Below the pieces are notes generated by a model. That model did not search any database, had not been told where the DNA came from, and saw only the letters and a list, made by a program, of their open reading frames with translations. A DNA stretch of 63,927 nucleotides, counting the filler, from Hyphochytrium catenoides (Eukaryota; Protista; Hyphochytriomycota), in the NCBI GenBank assembly GCA_900088475.1. It is 10 parts of 10 records of this genome, joined end to end, with 100 filler letters (N's around TTAATTAATTAA, not from the genome) between each part and the next. Parts side by side here need not be neighbours in the genome. Positions count along the whole stretch, not along the records: positions 1 to 12,056 come from FLMG01000718.1; positions 12,157 to 43,677 come from FLMG01004158.1; 8 more parts are not named here. The stretch is one strand, 5' to 3'. Positions 1-13,746 of the stretch are shown one piece after another (within the stretch, counting starts at the first letter, position 1; each line of letters begins with the position of its first letter). A program made the translations under genes and the position numbers.

Positions 1-155
1 AGGGGGGGGGAGAGGGGGGGAGACAGAGAGAGAGAAAAAGAGAGGACATAGAGGTGAAGGACAAACGGACAGCTTAAGAGAGAACGAGAGAGACACACAC
101 AGGGGGCAATAGAGAAGACCGGAGAAGTAGACAAAGAAGCTGGTTCACAACTCAC

Positions 156-650
156 TTTCAGCTTCTCTGGCTCTCTTCTCCTTGCTCTTGGTTCTCTCTT
201 CCAGATCCTCCCGGAATTGCTTGCAGAACTCAGGATTCGCCTTCTCAAAAGCCTCATCGGCAGCCTTAGCCTTTCTTCTCTCTTCTTCTTCTCTCTCTTC
301 CACTGACACTTCGTCAGTCGGTTCCCACGTGCTCCAAAGGCTGTAGTCATTCGCTATTTGCCATCACAGTGGAACGGAGACGGAGAACAGAGAGACAAAA
401 AAAGGAGAGTTAGGAAGTGAAAGAGAGTGTGGTAGATAGCTAATAGAAAGAGAAGGGCGACAGAGACGAAGAGTGAGAAAGAGAGAGAGAAAGAGAGAGA
501 GATGGAAGAGAGAGAAACCGTAAAGGAACAGGCGACGACAGAGGGTAGTACAGCTAAGAAGTTCTTCTATGAGAGAGGAGAGGGTCGAAGCTCTACAATC
601 GCAAAGGGAGACGCAGGAGGACACACAAAGAGAGAGAGAGAGAGGGAGAC

Positions 651-682
<32 letters not shown>

Positions 683-1372
683 GGGGAGAGAAAGAGAAGA
701 AAAGAGAGGTCTGCGAGTCACCATCTTTAAGCTTGTAAGATGCCAACACGCGGTTCCTCCATTTCTCTTCCTCTATCTCTTCCCTTCCTTTCTCTCTTTG
801 TCGTCTTTCCTCATCGTTCTCATTCTTAGGGAAGAGTGCATCAGCCTTTCTCCACCACGACTCTCTCTCTTCTCTTTTGGCCTTGGCCTTGGCCTCTGCC
901 TCCTTTCTTTGGCGTTCTTCTTCTCTCTTTCTGCGCTCTTCTTCTTTCTTTGCTTTCTGTTCTGCCGTCTCTGGCATCTCCTCAGGGCTGAGAACATAAT
1001 TGGGGTCTCTGAGCTTCTTGATTTGACGCTCAACCTAGAGAGAGAGAGAGAGGGTGTGAGAGTGAAAGAGAGAGAGAGAGGGAGAGAGAGAGAGAGAGAG
1101 TACAGACAGAGAGAGAGTACAGAGAGAGAGAGAGAGAGAGAGAGATACGTCAGAGCCGCGTTAAAGAGAGAAGCCATGCGGATAGGGATGAGATACTGAG
1201 GAAGGGCGAACAGAGCCCGGCCTAGCCGAGGAGAGAACATTTCCTGCCTCAGGACGTCAAAGGCAAGAGACAGTGCTCGTGTTACCTCGTCTACTCTCTC
1301 CAGGAAGGCTTGTACGTCATCATCTTTCACGCCGGTGCGTCTCTGGACGCTCATCATCGACTCAATGTCCAT
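156..1372 (-). CDS. TTC12-like TPR/coiled-coil protein, 5' exons (continues off window start)
   Basis: GT-AG exons 1372-1286, 1034-722 and 353-156 join in frame: MDIESMMSVQ...VQAFLERVDEVERQIKKL...ANDYSLWSTWEP...FREDLEERTKSKEKRAREAE. This resembles the TTC12 N-terminus (FLxxVDE motif, helix before the first TPR). The TPRs lie outside the window. Confidence 0.55.
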
Positions 1373-2198
1373 CTCTCTCAACTCAAAGGAACCACTCTCT
1401 CCCTTGATATTCACTTCGTGGTGTCTTCTCTGCAGTGAGGCAGAGAGACGGAGATGACGGGGCACACGGTGTCTGACGGCGCGCCCTCAGCTTTTGGCCC
1501 AGGCTGGTCACGAGGAGGACATGTAATGACAGAGAGAGAGAGGAGGGGAGAGAGAGAGAGGGGTCGAACAGAGAGAGAGATAAATAAAGAGAGAGGAGTT
1601 GGAAAGANNNNNNNNNNNNNNNNNNNNNNNNNNNNNNNNNNNNNNNNNNNNNNNNNNNNNNNNNNNNNNNNNNNNNNNNNNNNNNNNNNNNNNNNNNNNN
1701 NNNNNNNNNNNNNNNNNNNNNNNNNNNNNNNNNNNNNNNNNNNNNNNNNNNNNNNNNNNNNNNNNNNNNNNNNNNNNNNNNGAGAGAGGGAAGGAGAGAG
1801 GGGAGAGAGAGAGAGTAAAAGAGCGAGAGCGAGAGCGAGAGAGAGAGAGCGAGAGAGAGCGAGAGAGAGAGAGCGAGAGAGAGAGAGAGTGGGGCCGAAC
1901 AAAGAGAGAGAAATAAAGAGAAAAGAGTTAGAAAGTGAGAGAGCGAGAGAGAGCGAGGGAAGGAGAGGGAGAGGGGAGAGAGAGAGAAAAAGAGAGAGAG
2001 GGAGAGGATTAAGAAGAGAGAGAGGTGGTTGTCTGCCTACGAGTACAAAATACAACTTTCTTCCACAACCTTGACGCTTCGCCATCTGACCGATGATATA
2101 GAACGATTCAGAAATCGTGGATAGGTATTGCAGAGACGATTACAGTAGTATAACGTTCCAAATTATAAGTGTTGCATTATCATCCTCTATCAACTTGT

Positions 2199-2271
2199 GT
2201 CCGCGTGGCGCAATGGATAGCGCGTCTGACTTCTAATCAGAAGGTTGTGAGTTCGAGTCTCACCGTGGACG
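2199..2271 (+). tRNA. tRNA-Arg(UCU), intronless
   Basis: Acceptor GTCCGCG/CGTGGAC; anticodon arm TCTGA-CTTCTAA-TCAGA; T loop TTCGAGT; T5 terminator at 2276-2280. Confidence 0.97.
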
Positions 2272-2412
2272 AATCTTTTTCTTTTACGTTTTCCACGGCT
2301 GTCAATCTTCCAGCTTCGTCCTCTCTATACTCTTCCTTTCTACTCCAGAGAAACTCATTTTGAGTGGAGCGCTTTCATAAACCCTAACTCACCCTTTTGT
2401 CTGTGTGATAGC

Positions 2413-2483
2413 ACGCCGATAGTTTAGTGGTAAAATCTCTGATTCCCATTCAGATGTCCCGGGTTCGATTCCCGGTCGGCGTA
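2413..2483 (+). tRNA. tRNA-Gly(CCC) with A1:U72 pair
   Basis: Acceptor ACGCCGA/TCGGCGT; anticodon arm TCTGA-TTCCCAT-TCAGA; T arm CCGGG-TTCGATT-CCCGG; followed by TTTCTTTTT. Confidence 0.93.
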
Positions 2484-3062
2484 TTTCTTTTTCACCTCTA
2501 TCGGGAAACCCTTCTTTCGCCTTTTTATAGAAACTTTTGAGCTTCAGCTTTTGATTTTCCGCTGCGCTTCGTCATTGGCTTTTTGCGGAGCCTCGCTCGC
2601 CCTCTTCCAATGTCTTCAGAAGGTGTCGGCACGTCTCATCGCCAGATCTCAGTGTGTGCTCTCGGGCTGCTATAGTGGCCCCGTCATAGTCTAAAGAGTT
2701 AGACTGACTTGCAAGAAGCAGTGGGAGTCTATAGAACAGCAATAGGGTTATGCAATAATAAGCATGCAGAAGGATGCCACTGTTTATCAAGGCTGGCTTC
2801 CTCTAGAGAAACGTCTCAGCCAGCCTCCTGTCGCTGAGTATGACACATCCTCCCTCTCGAAGGCTCATCAACCCCTCGCCAGCGCTTGGGGATCTGACCT
2901 AGTTGTCAATGTGACGTCCCAGTGCTTAATAAGAGAAAGACTGTGCAGACAACGGCCTACTCTTCTTTGAACTTGCTTGACCTTTGTAACACTCTGAGAA
3001 CGTTCTACTACATGACCTACGCTGAGCCCACCCAAGGCAACCCTCCCTGCACAGATACCTCT

Positions 3063-4548
3063 CTATGGTTTGCGAAGGCCCTTGAGCAAGGCTAGTAGTT
3101 CAGGCCTGGATCGCCGCAAGAACTCGCTGACCTTGCCGCGCGGAGGNNNNNGAACGTCCGAAGATCGCCATACCGAAGAACACGATTAGCAGAGGTCAGG
3201 AAAAGAGGGAAAAAGCGAACGGGTTAGGACTGGACCAAAGAAAAGCTTGTGGAGACAGATCGAGTAGGAGCCAATGCCACGTGAGTATGCTCAGCGGGAT
3301 TGGCGAGACTCTTGGGCCGGCAGATAAGGTGACAGATCATAGGGATCAAGAGATGAGCAAGATCCAAGATTCAGCCAACTGACATGGTGAAGGAGCGCCT
3401 TTCAGTCCTAATAACAGCGAAGGGATGTAATGTCTTATCAGCCAACAGCGAGGCTAATGATGGTGCCGCTGATGGAATAGAGAAGCACGATGCTTTAAGG
3501 GTCGTCAGAATCTGTCCGGAGTCCGTCAGCTCACTAGCAACACGAAACATAAAAAGGTAAGATTTTTGCCGGGCCGAAGCAATTGCTGAATAGGTGACGG
3601 CCAGATAGGAAGGGTAGAGTTATCGACAGCCAGAGAGCCAAGCAGAGCTCAAGAAAGACAATTTCTTAGAATGGATGGCGGCGCCGTACCAATAAGACGA
3701 CGCGTCATCGACAGCCAGAGAGCCAAGCTGAGCTCAAGAAGACAATTTCTAAGGATGGATGGCGGGGTGGTACCGATAAGACGTTACGCGTCCGTCTACA
3801 ATATGTGGAGCAACGACTTGGGATTCAGATGCCGAGCGCCGCTTCATAACGTCAGCTTCTGTTTCCACTTTAGTCCTTGAAGGTCCTATTTTAAGCTCAA
3901 ACACGTCGTCTCTCTGCCGGAGCCACCAATCTCTGCGAATCAAAGCGTAGTCCCTTGTGTCGAAGTATGTATCAGTGAAGGTCCTGACACCTGGTGCAAG
4001 AGTAGTGGTAAGCTTAAGAGTATTGATTGTAGCTGGAGAGGCCGGAGATGGTAGGAAACGCAGCGCCAGAACAGTCGGGCCGATAGACTAATGTACAGGG
4101 ATAACAAAGGATTGATAGCGAGCTTACCTGTGCAACTGGCACCTAGGGTCCTAAGCCTTGCCAACAGAGCGCGCTCTCCGCCCTCATCGATAGGAAACTT
4201 TCTCTCTATCTCAAGATAGCCTCCCAGATGTTGGTGGTCAACTCCCGCCTCCCCGGCAGACAAACTTTTCCCGTCGGTTAAAGATCTCTGAGTAGAGCTA
4301 ACTGAGTGACAAGAAGGAGTTCTAGGAGAATCACATGGAAATGGGCGGAAACAGATATGTGTGCAGGTCTTCAAGAGTGATCCGTGATGGAGTTGCCTAT
4401 AAGCAAGAAAGGTCCAGCTCCTTCCGACGTAACTTGGACTCGGCAAGGCCTTAGCGCGACATATAAAGTCAATCATTCTTCGCTCTTTATAGCTGCATCT
4501 CTGCATATAACTCGTCTCGGCCAACAATGTAGAGAACGTGAGGCGCAT
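3063..4548 (-). CDS. CYTH-domain thiamine triphosphatase-like protein (multi-exon; start uncertain)
   Basis: LEIERKF (CYTH ExExK), TFTDTYFDTRDYALIRRDWWLRQRDDVFELK, HPFAVIRTERRSF, and C-terminal GKVSEFLRRSRPE with stop at 3063-3065, all in THTPA motif order. A small gap lies at 3147. Confidence 0.8.
3622..3792. repeat. ~85 bp tandem duplication in an intron of the CYTH gene
   Basis: ATCGACAGCCAGAGAGCCAAG...GACGCGTC-type unit starts at 3622 and at 3707, with several differences. Confidence 0.85.
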
Positions 4549-7367
4549 GAATGCTCGCTTGGTCCTTCGCTATTCGTCTCCCGATAGCTGCTCATGACGG
4601 TTTGGCATGCTAACCCTAGGGCAGGATCATGCATGACGACGATGCCAAGGAACTACCTGGCCCTTAAGCATGCTGCCTGATAGGGCATCTCCCTTGAAAA
4701 AGGACTGCATGATGCTCAGTGGAGCTAGCTAACGTTACTCATCGCGCCATCATCCATCATCATTGTGTCTCGCTTCCCAAGATCACAGATGTCAAGAAGA
4801 TCGATGATTCTGCTTCCTTCATCCGCTTCTTCAACTCAGATCGTACCGGCAACGGCTACCATTCCAGCAAGTAACTGAGGTGATGATCATGGAAATAGTT
4901 CAAATTCAGTCTTTTATTCAATGATCTGCAGCGAAGAGAAGCTCAGAAATCTTCACCTCCCAGGAAGAGCGCCCAACTCCATGATGGCAAGGAAAAGTCC
5001 AAGTTCTGAATTCTGAAGCTTCTCTTTGCGATAGAACCTTCGTTGCGAGCTGATAGTAGGACAGAGCAGGCATTCTTCTGTCCCTGGGTCTGTGGGTTGG
5101 GGATCTTATAGTCGTGCAGTGCTCTCCTTCCAAGCGTTTGGACGCACGAACCAGAGATCTTCACTGATTGGCTGCCAACATCAAGGAAAGATGATCACTG
5201 CGTACCTGCATGCCTTCATCATTCACGTCATTGGGTACGTGTCCTGGTCACGAGCTGGACAGTAATGGTGCCTTCAACTCTCCACTAACGTCTATACATA
5301 TGCAGCTCTGTTGGTCTTCTTGCCGCTGGGTATCAGACGCTCAAAAGTATGAGGACACATGGATCGAGGGCACAGGAGTCGCGCTGGCTGAAGTTCTGGT
5401 ACGTCTGAGTTTCAAAACCTGCTTCTCTGCCAACACCTATCTCACCTTGGTCTTTGTCGCACCCTTCGTTATGGCGGTTATCAGGACTCTGGTTGTCCTG
5501 TCACATCTGCTGGCGACATATTTATGGTGAGCCTCTAGCTACTGACATCAGATGGAAGAGACTTAGCGTAGCTCATTTCTCTTGTATCGTTACTCTCTTA
5601 CTTAGGGCTCGACTGGCAGAGCTAAGAGCAATCATGATCCTTATCTTCTTGTTACCCGGAGAGGTAAGCGCCGGCTGTCGATGGGTATCAATGGCATTGG
5701 AGAGGTAGACGTAAAAGAGATAGACAGTGAAGAGATGGAGAAAAGATTGGACGGTGGCTGTGCCCACAACAGAGTTCACTGACAACTCTTGCTGCACAGC
5801 ATGGGAATAAGGCCACGCAAACTGCCTTTGCTCATTTAGAGCCAGGCCTTGTAGCTGCTTGTCGGGCGATTGAGGACGGGCTTAGCGTCGGTTCTTCCAG
5901 AGCTTATGGCGCCTTTCGTGGCACGATCAAGCTCTCTTTAGATAGTCTCTTCTCCTTTTGCGTGAAGTATTCATCCGCCGCCCGTGAGTGTCTTCTCGCT
6001 CCCTATCTCCTCACTTGTAGCCCTTTTCTAACTTGTCCCTCTGATGTTGTCCGTGGACCCATGTAGAGCTTGAAGAGTGGAATCGCCAGCTACAAGTTGA
6101 TCTGAAGGTGCTGCAGGTACAGCCGAGCTCTATTCATTGATGCATCTGTCACGCACATTGCCTAGAGCCCGTCCGCCATCCTTACAATCCTCTGTTTCTC
6201 ATTTGACGCCCACAGAAGGAGAAGAGGAAAAGAGAGATCGATGAGCTGCAGCGAGCAGCATCAACGGTGAGATCGCCGCTATGTCTGTGGTACTTAGTGT
6301 TCTTACTGTTCCCGTTAGAGTCAAGCATGCATCTCCCATGCCCCTTCCTGGCTCTCTCCTTTCTTTCTTTCTTTGTCTAACCGATAGGTGTCCGTCTGCT
6401 CTCTAATGTTCTGAAAAATTCAAAGCTTCCAGGTGTCCCAGCCACCGCAGAGGGTCCGTCGCGCTCTTTTTCAAGGGAGAACAGTCTTCGCATGGGCGAG
6501 CTGACTTCTGGTCCAGAGCTTGTAGGCGTTAAGGCCCGGAAATCTCGTCATTCCACGGGAACCAGTCTGAAAGCAGCGACAATGTTCGCCGGAATGTCAG
6601 CGGAATGAGTTTGTCTCACCCATCGACCTGGGGCCAAGCATGTCAAGAGATACAAGGGCTCTGACGGCTGTCATTATTATTTATGCGGAGTTATTAGAAG
6701 GGTAGATGGCTTGCCTACACGTAGGAGTTCTCAAGAGCGAAAGTCGCTGTGTCAAATCGGACATTCCAGCTCCAGCCTGTCTTCTGATGCCAGTTCTTGA
6801 TAGCTCTCTCTGTTTATCTGCGCTGGGAAGTGACGATGAATAAGCAGGAGACACGGTCTCTTTTGAAGAGAAGAAGAGATGCAAAAGAAGGAAGAGCGAG
6901 AGACACAGCTGAGTTACAGAGCAAGAGAGAGAGAACAAGAGAGAGAGAGGGGGAGAGAAAGAGAGAGAGAAAAGAAAGAAAAAGAGAGCAACGAGAGAGA
7001 GAGCAAACAATCCTGTATTTCCTAACATCGTCGTGTTTGATGCAGGCTTGTTATAGCAACTGACAATCAGTTTTATAAAATACCACACGTGATATATACA
7101 CGTCTATATTCCCATCTAGTATCCTGTAATATTCGCAGTAGCTCCTCTATGCAGGTGAAAGTCAACGAAGATTTCATCAGATCTTCATCGCGCTTCTCAC
7201 ATCCTCCGATCTCCGTCAAAAGCCCGATGATTAGCAAGCTTCGGATTGCATTGTCAGCGCGTTGGAGCTCTTCAGCACCTTAGATTGGTCCATTAGCCTT
7301 CCCAGAGGGTGGGCCTAGAGTCTCTTTCTCTCTGAGTTATATCCCCGCCGCCATTGCAAAGGAAGGG

Positions 7368-8072
7368 ATGGAGCTGAACTCGACGCAGTTTACCCGCTGG
7401 CTGTTCACGCCAGAAGAGCTCACCCGTGTCCGGCGCCTGCGGACGTACAAAGCCTTCAAATATCTCTCCTCAAGAGATGCACAGCAGGGCGATTCTTACA
7501 TCGCTCCTAGTAAGGACGAGTCTATAGGTGAAAATGGCTCCGCAGGCTCTGTTGAAAGTGTTCCTCTGCCAAAGAAACCAGTCAGAGCTTTCGCGCCTTT
7601 GCTCTGTGGCAGGAGCGCGCATAACAGAGAAAAGTCCTTGGGCGAGGAGGAAGATATCACGGAGCCCACTGACGCCGAGCTCAGGTACTTGTCTCTTTCT
7701 TCGCGTTAAGCCTTCACCTGTCGACGCCTGGCTGACCCTTTCAATCAGCGAAATGGAGAAGCATCAGCATAGATTCCTGACTGCAGACGAGGAAGAGACG
7801 ATAAAGTTCTTCTTTGAGGACAAGATCAGAGAGTCCTGTGCCTTGCTCAGGACATCAGACAAAGTGCAGGTGAGAGGATTGCTTGAGCTTATCATCTGTT
7901 TCTTCTTAGGGCCAGTCGCTACTGCCTCTCGGCTAATGCGCTGCGACGTACAGTCTCTCCATGCCTTTGCTCTCTTCTTCCATTCTTTTTCTTTTCTGTG
8001 AAGGTATCTTCTTTCTGTTTGTCTGTCTGTCTGTCTGTCTCTCCCTCTCCTTCTTTCTCTCTCTCTCCTTCG

Positions 8073-8140
<68 letters not shown>

Positions 8141-10200
8141 TGGTCTTTGTCTTCCCTTCATTCTATCTTCACTGTCTCTTTTGTTTTATTCGGACCACAC
8201 TTTGAGCTTGTCCATTGATTAAGCTTATACATCCCCATTGCTCTTGATCTTTCCCGCTGCTTCTTTCCCTCCTCTCCTCTCTCTATTATATCCCTACTCT
8301 CCCTCTTTCGTCGTCTCCTTGAACTCTCTTCCTGCTGCTTTTTCTCTCACTCCTCACGGCTCCTTACATTCTCTTTTGCTCAGGCCACGGCGGTCATTCT
8401 CTTCAAGCGCTTCTTCTTGTCAAACAGCGTGATGGAGCACCATCCGAAGAATATCATGCTTGCGTCTCTTTATGTTGCGGGAAAAGTAGAAGAGCATTAT
8501 CTTAAGGTCGACACCATTGCAGATGAGCTGCAGGTAAGAGCAAAGAGAAGAGACTGGGTTGTAGAAGAGAGGCGGACAGATAGAGACAGAGAAGAGACAG
8601 AGAGAGAAGAGAGTGTGCGTGTGTGAGAGAGAGAGAGAGAGATCCAAAGGGAATGTCCGCCTTGAAAAAAGGAATATTTTGCTTGAAGAACAGAAAGGTG
8701 AGAAGAGAAGAGAAAGAGATGTTCGAGTGGAGAGAGAAGCCAAGAAGCTTGAAGAAAAAGGGAGAAAGGAGATGGGCAAGCAAGTCCGTAGAACAGAGAT
8801 GTCAAAAAAGAAGGAGAAAAGAACAAGGGAGAAAGACAGTCCTATTGCCCCCAGCTATCTATGGCGCTTACCTTCCTATGACAGGTGGATTTCGCGGATA
8901 TTCTTCAGCATGAGATGATTCTCTTGGAAGGCGTGCGGTTCCAGCTGATCTGCTATCATCCCTTCCGACCGCTGCTCGGCTTTATAGATGATGCGAGGCG
9001 GAGAGCAAAGGTCTGCCTTTGAAGATGGGGTTAGGAGAGGATGGATCCTGATGTCGCGGGCATTTGGAGGACAGGTCGAGAGAGAGAACGGGGAGCGGTC
9101 AAAGAGCGATGGAGACACAGAGGGAGAGAGAGAGTTGGGAGAGAGGGAGAGAGAGAGAGAGACAGGTATGATAAAGAGGCCCCGAAGGAGAGCAAAGACA
9201 GTTTGACGGATGAAAAGAGAGAGGGAAGAAGAGAGGGAGAGAGTGCTGTCGTGCACAACTACTTCTTGTCTTGCATGATGTTTCTACCCCTCCTTCTAAC
9301 CCGTCAGTCACTCTTCGGTCTCCTCCTCCACCCATTCCTTTCCTCTCCCTGCCTCCTTCTCCTTCTGAAATGTCAGGAGAATGGAGAGAAAGTGAACGAT
9401 GAAGATCTGCAGAAGCTTCACATCAACGCCAACGCATTGGTCAAGCAGCTCCTTCTGACGGACGCGCCTCTGCTCTTTGCTCCAGCACAGATCGCCCTGG
9501 CAGTGCTCTCTTTGGCCTGCAACACTACCAAGACAGACGGTAATCGAAGAGAATAGGAGAGAGAACAGGGGATTGGCATTTTGGCATTGGGAAGATACAC
9601 TAGGGAAGAGACGTTGAGGGTCTGTTTATCAAAGAAATAGATACAGAGAGAGAGAGAAGGGAGAGGGAATGACGGGGTTGAGAGAAGAGAGAGAGAGGAC
9701 GGGGGGAGGAGGGGCGAGAGAGAGCGAGAGAGAGCAAGAGAGAGAGAGAGAGAGAGAGAGAGANNNNNNNNNNNNNNNNNNNNNNNNNAGAGAGAGAGAG
9801 AGAGAGAGAGGGATGGAGAGAGAGATATGGAGAGAGAGATGAAGGTCCAAAGCAAGTTACTCACACTAAACTCTTCACAGGAGACAAGCCCGTTCTAGAC
9901 TTTGATCAGTATATTCGAGGCTCTCTCCCGAAGAAAGGAGAAGTAGAGAAGGTGCTGGCTGCCGTGGAAGAGATACAACGATATGCCGGAGAGCCCAGTC
10001 AGCCGCCAGACAAGGGAGAACTGAAGAGAGTGAATAAGAAGATCAAGCCTTTCTTTTCTGAAGAGAAAAAGAGGAAGGCGGAAGATGGAGAGCAGGCAGA
10101 ACCTGGAGAGAGAAAGAGAAAGAAGCAAAAGTCCTCCAAGAAGCATAAGAAAAGCAAGGGAGAGACTGTCAGCAGAGAAGCGAGTGATGCGGAGACTTAA
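7368..10200 (+). CDS. CCNH: Cyclin H (CAK/TFIIH subunit), multi-exon
   Basis: NSTQFTRWLFTPEEL; LTADEE; ATAVILFKRFFLSNSVMEHHPKNIMLASLYVAGKVEE; EMILLEGVRFQLICYHPFRPL; LTDAPLLFAPAQIALA. GT-AG introns join in frame. Confidence 0.95.
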
Positions 10201-10524
10201 ACGGACACCTTTCTATCTTCTCTCTTTCGTTTCCTCTCTTCTACCTCCGCTGTCCTCTCTTCTAGCTCTCCTCCACGTAGAAGATGATCCTTTCTCTATC
10301 TGCTAGGGGATCTTGGCAGCTTAAGCCTTTGCCCTAACCTTCTTTTAGGCTTCTCTCTCTGTGTCCTTCCCACATCTTTCTCTGTCTCTCCAATTCAGCC
10401 CTCGTCTCTCTTTCTTTCTCTCTCTCTTTCTCTGTCTCTCTCTCTCTCTCTCTCTGGCGTGTGACCCTTACTCTCTGCTTCTATTCCAATAATCCCCCTT
10501 CGGGGTTCAAGACATACATATTTA

Positions 10525-12056
<1,532 letters not shown>

Positions 12057-12100
12057 NNNNNNNNNNNNNNNNNNNNNNNNNNNNNNNNNNNNNNNNNNNN

Positions 12101-12112
12101 TTAATTAATTAA
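12101..12112. other. Artificial contig-joining linker TTAATTAATTAA (also at 43722, 46270, 50747, 52169, 53514, 56576, 61041, 62694)
   Basis: Identical 12-mer with stops in all six frames, always centred in a ~100 bp N block. Confidence 0.95.
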
Positions 12113-12895
12113 NNNNNNNNNNNNNNNNNNNNNNNNNNNNNNNNNNNNNNNNNNNNGAGAGAGAGAGAGAGAGAGAGCACAGAGAGAGAGAGCACAGATT
12201 GAGAGTGAGAGAGAGAGAGCACAGAGAGAGAGAAGAGAGAGCACACGGAGAGAGAGTGGAGACAGAGAGGGACAGGGGTGAGAACCAAATAAAGGGGAAG
12301 AGAGTGAAAGAAAGGAGGGAAGAGGAACAGGGAAGAGAGAAGCTAGAGGAAAAGAGCACCACAAGACAGAACGAAGAGAAAGAGAGAACGAAGAGACAAG
12401 GGAGAGACAGAGAAAAAAAGAAAAGAGAGGAGATAGCTAGCACCCTCTGACGTAGACATCCCGACCTGACAACCTGCTACACTGTGGAGGCCGAAGATCG
12501 CCGCTGATCACGAAGAACACTCACAGCTCCTTCGAAGGGCTCCTTGACCAGGCCTCGAGGCTTGTGGGAAGTTAGCGGTGTTCGTCAGAGAGAGAGAGAG
12601 AAGAGAGGAGAGAAGAAGAGAGGAGAGGAGATACCGAGCAGAAAAGAGAGAGAGAATGCAAGGTAAACTGTGCCTCGTGGTGGAGTGACAGTCATATTTC
12701 AAATCGTCCACTGACAGAGAAGCTACTGTAAGAGAAGAAGAAGAAGAAAGAAGCTCTCAATAAGCTACGAACTGTCAATAGTCCCTGCTGTTGTCTAGCT
12801 ATTGCCTGGAAGAGCAGCACCCTTCTAAAGCATTTAATCAAGTCAAGCCATCTTTGCCGCCCAGCCAAGGGACGACGAACCAAAAAACAAGCACG

Positions 12896-13222
12896 ATGGA
12901 AAGCAGTGGCCTCAAGGATATGCTTGCTGCTGGCGCACAGGCTGTCAAGAACACTCTAGGGCGACCAACGGAACGAGTGACAAACGGAATGACCCCGGAC
13001 CGACACCAGGTCACGGCGGCATCCATCGGCGGCGTCCACCCAGGCACAGACCACCATCCCAGCAGAGAAGAGCTGCAGGAACGTCAAGAGAAGGAGCCGC
13101 TTCTCTCTACAGAGGGGACTATCGGCAAACATAAGTACGGAATAGGCGCAGTCACAGGCATCCAGCAGCCCAGCCACGGAGGCATGGGCTGGGAGTCAGA
13201 GCCCGGCAGCGACCACAAGTAG
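12896..13222 (+). CDS. Small hydrophilic Gly/His/Glu-rich protein (108 aa, hydrophilin-like), function unknown
   Basis: Single uninterrupted non-microsatellite ORF MESSGLKDMLAAGAQAVKNTLG...ESEPGSDHK with an A-rich leader. Confidence 0.6.
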   Translation: MESSGLKDMLAAGAQAVKNTLGRPTERVTNGMTPDRHQVTAASIGGVHPGTDHHPSREELQERQEKEPLLSTEGTIGKHKYGIGAVTGIQQPSHGGMGWESEPGSDHK

Positions 13223-13746
13223 ACGGACTATAAACCTCGGTGCTCTGTCTAGCATTCACTCAGTACTATATCTATTATGGTGGAGCATACCTCGTGGGTA
13301 GTCTCCCGACGCTAAACACGCTAAGCCTAAGTAACTCTATACAAAAGCGACGCCTAATCCATCTCTTGAGACGTTTGACTGCAGCCTTCGCAGGGCTTCG
13401 TAGGGTTTTTTCATCTTCAGTCACTGAGGAAAGTGGGTTAGTTCCAACACACCATGTGAGAGGCTCCACCTCAATTTTGGCCAAGAGCAGGGATGTCAAT
13501 AGGGAGAGAGGGGACGCGGTGCAGCAGCGTAGAGAAAGAGCGGTGAGAGCATTGATATTTGGTATCACAGCATGACAAGATGCTACACTCCTAACAAAGG
13601 CCGCCAGCGGGGCTGCACCATTAGCGAGGGCTAGCATTCGATTCAATTATTCAAGCAAAAGATTGATCCCATAGGTCTATCTATTGTCTGAGTGGCCTGG
13701 CAGCAGTCAGTTCTGTCGAAGGTCCCTCCTAACACACAGAAAATCC

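Noticed and set aside
1411-2085. Many long ERERER / LSLSLS ORFs here and throughout
   Set aside because: Translations of GA/TC microsatellites and N gaps, not proteins.
2199-2483. Dicistronic tRNA-tRNA or tRNA-snoRNA unit
   Set aside because: Each tRNA is followed immediately by its own oligo-T terminator.
12101-12112. Recurring palindrome TTAATTAATTAA as a biological repeat
   Set aside because: Always embedded in N blocks; a six-frame-stop assembly spacer.
12445-12580. Upstream exon of the kinase
   Set aside because: Lies across an artificial linker and shows no kinase N-lobe motifs.
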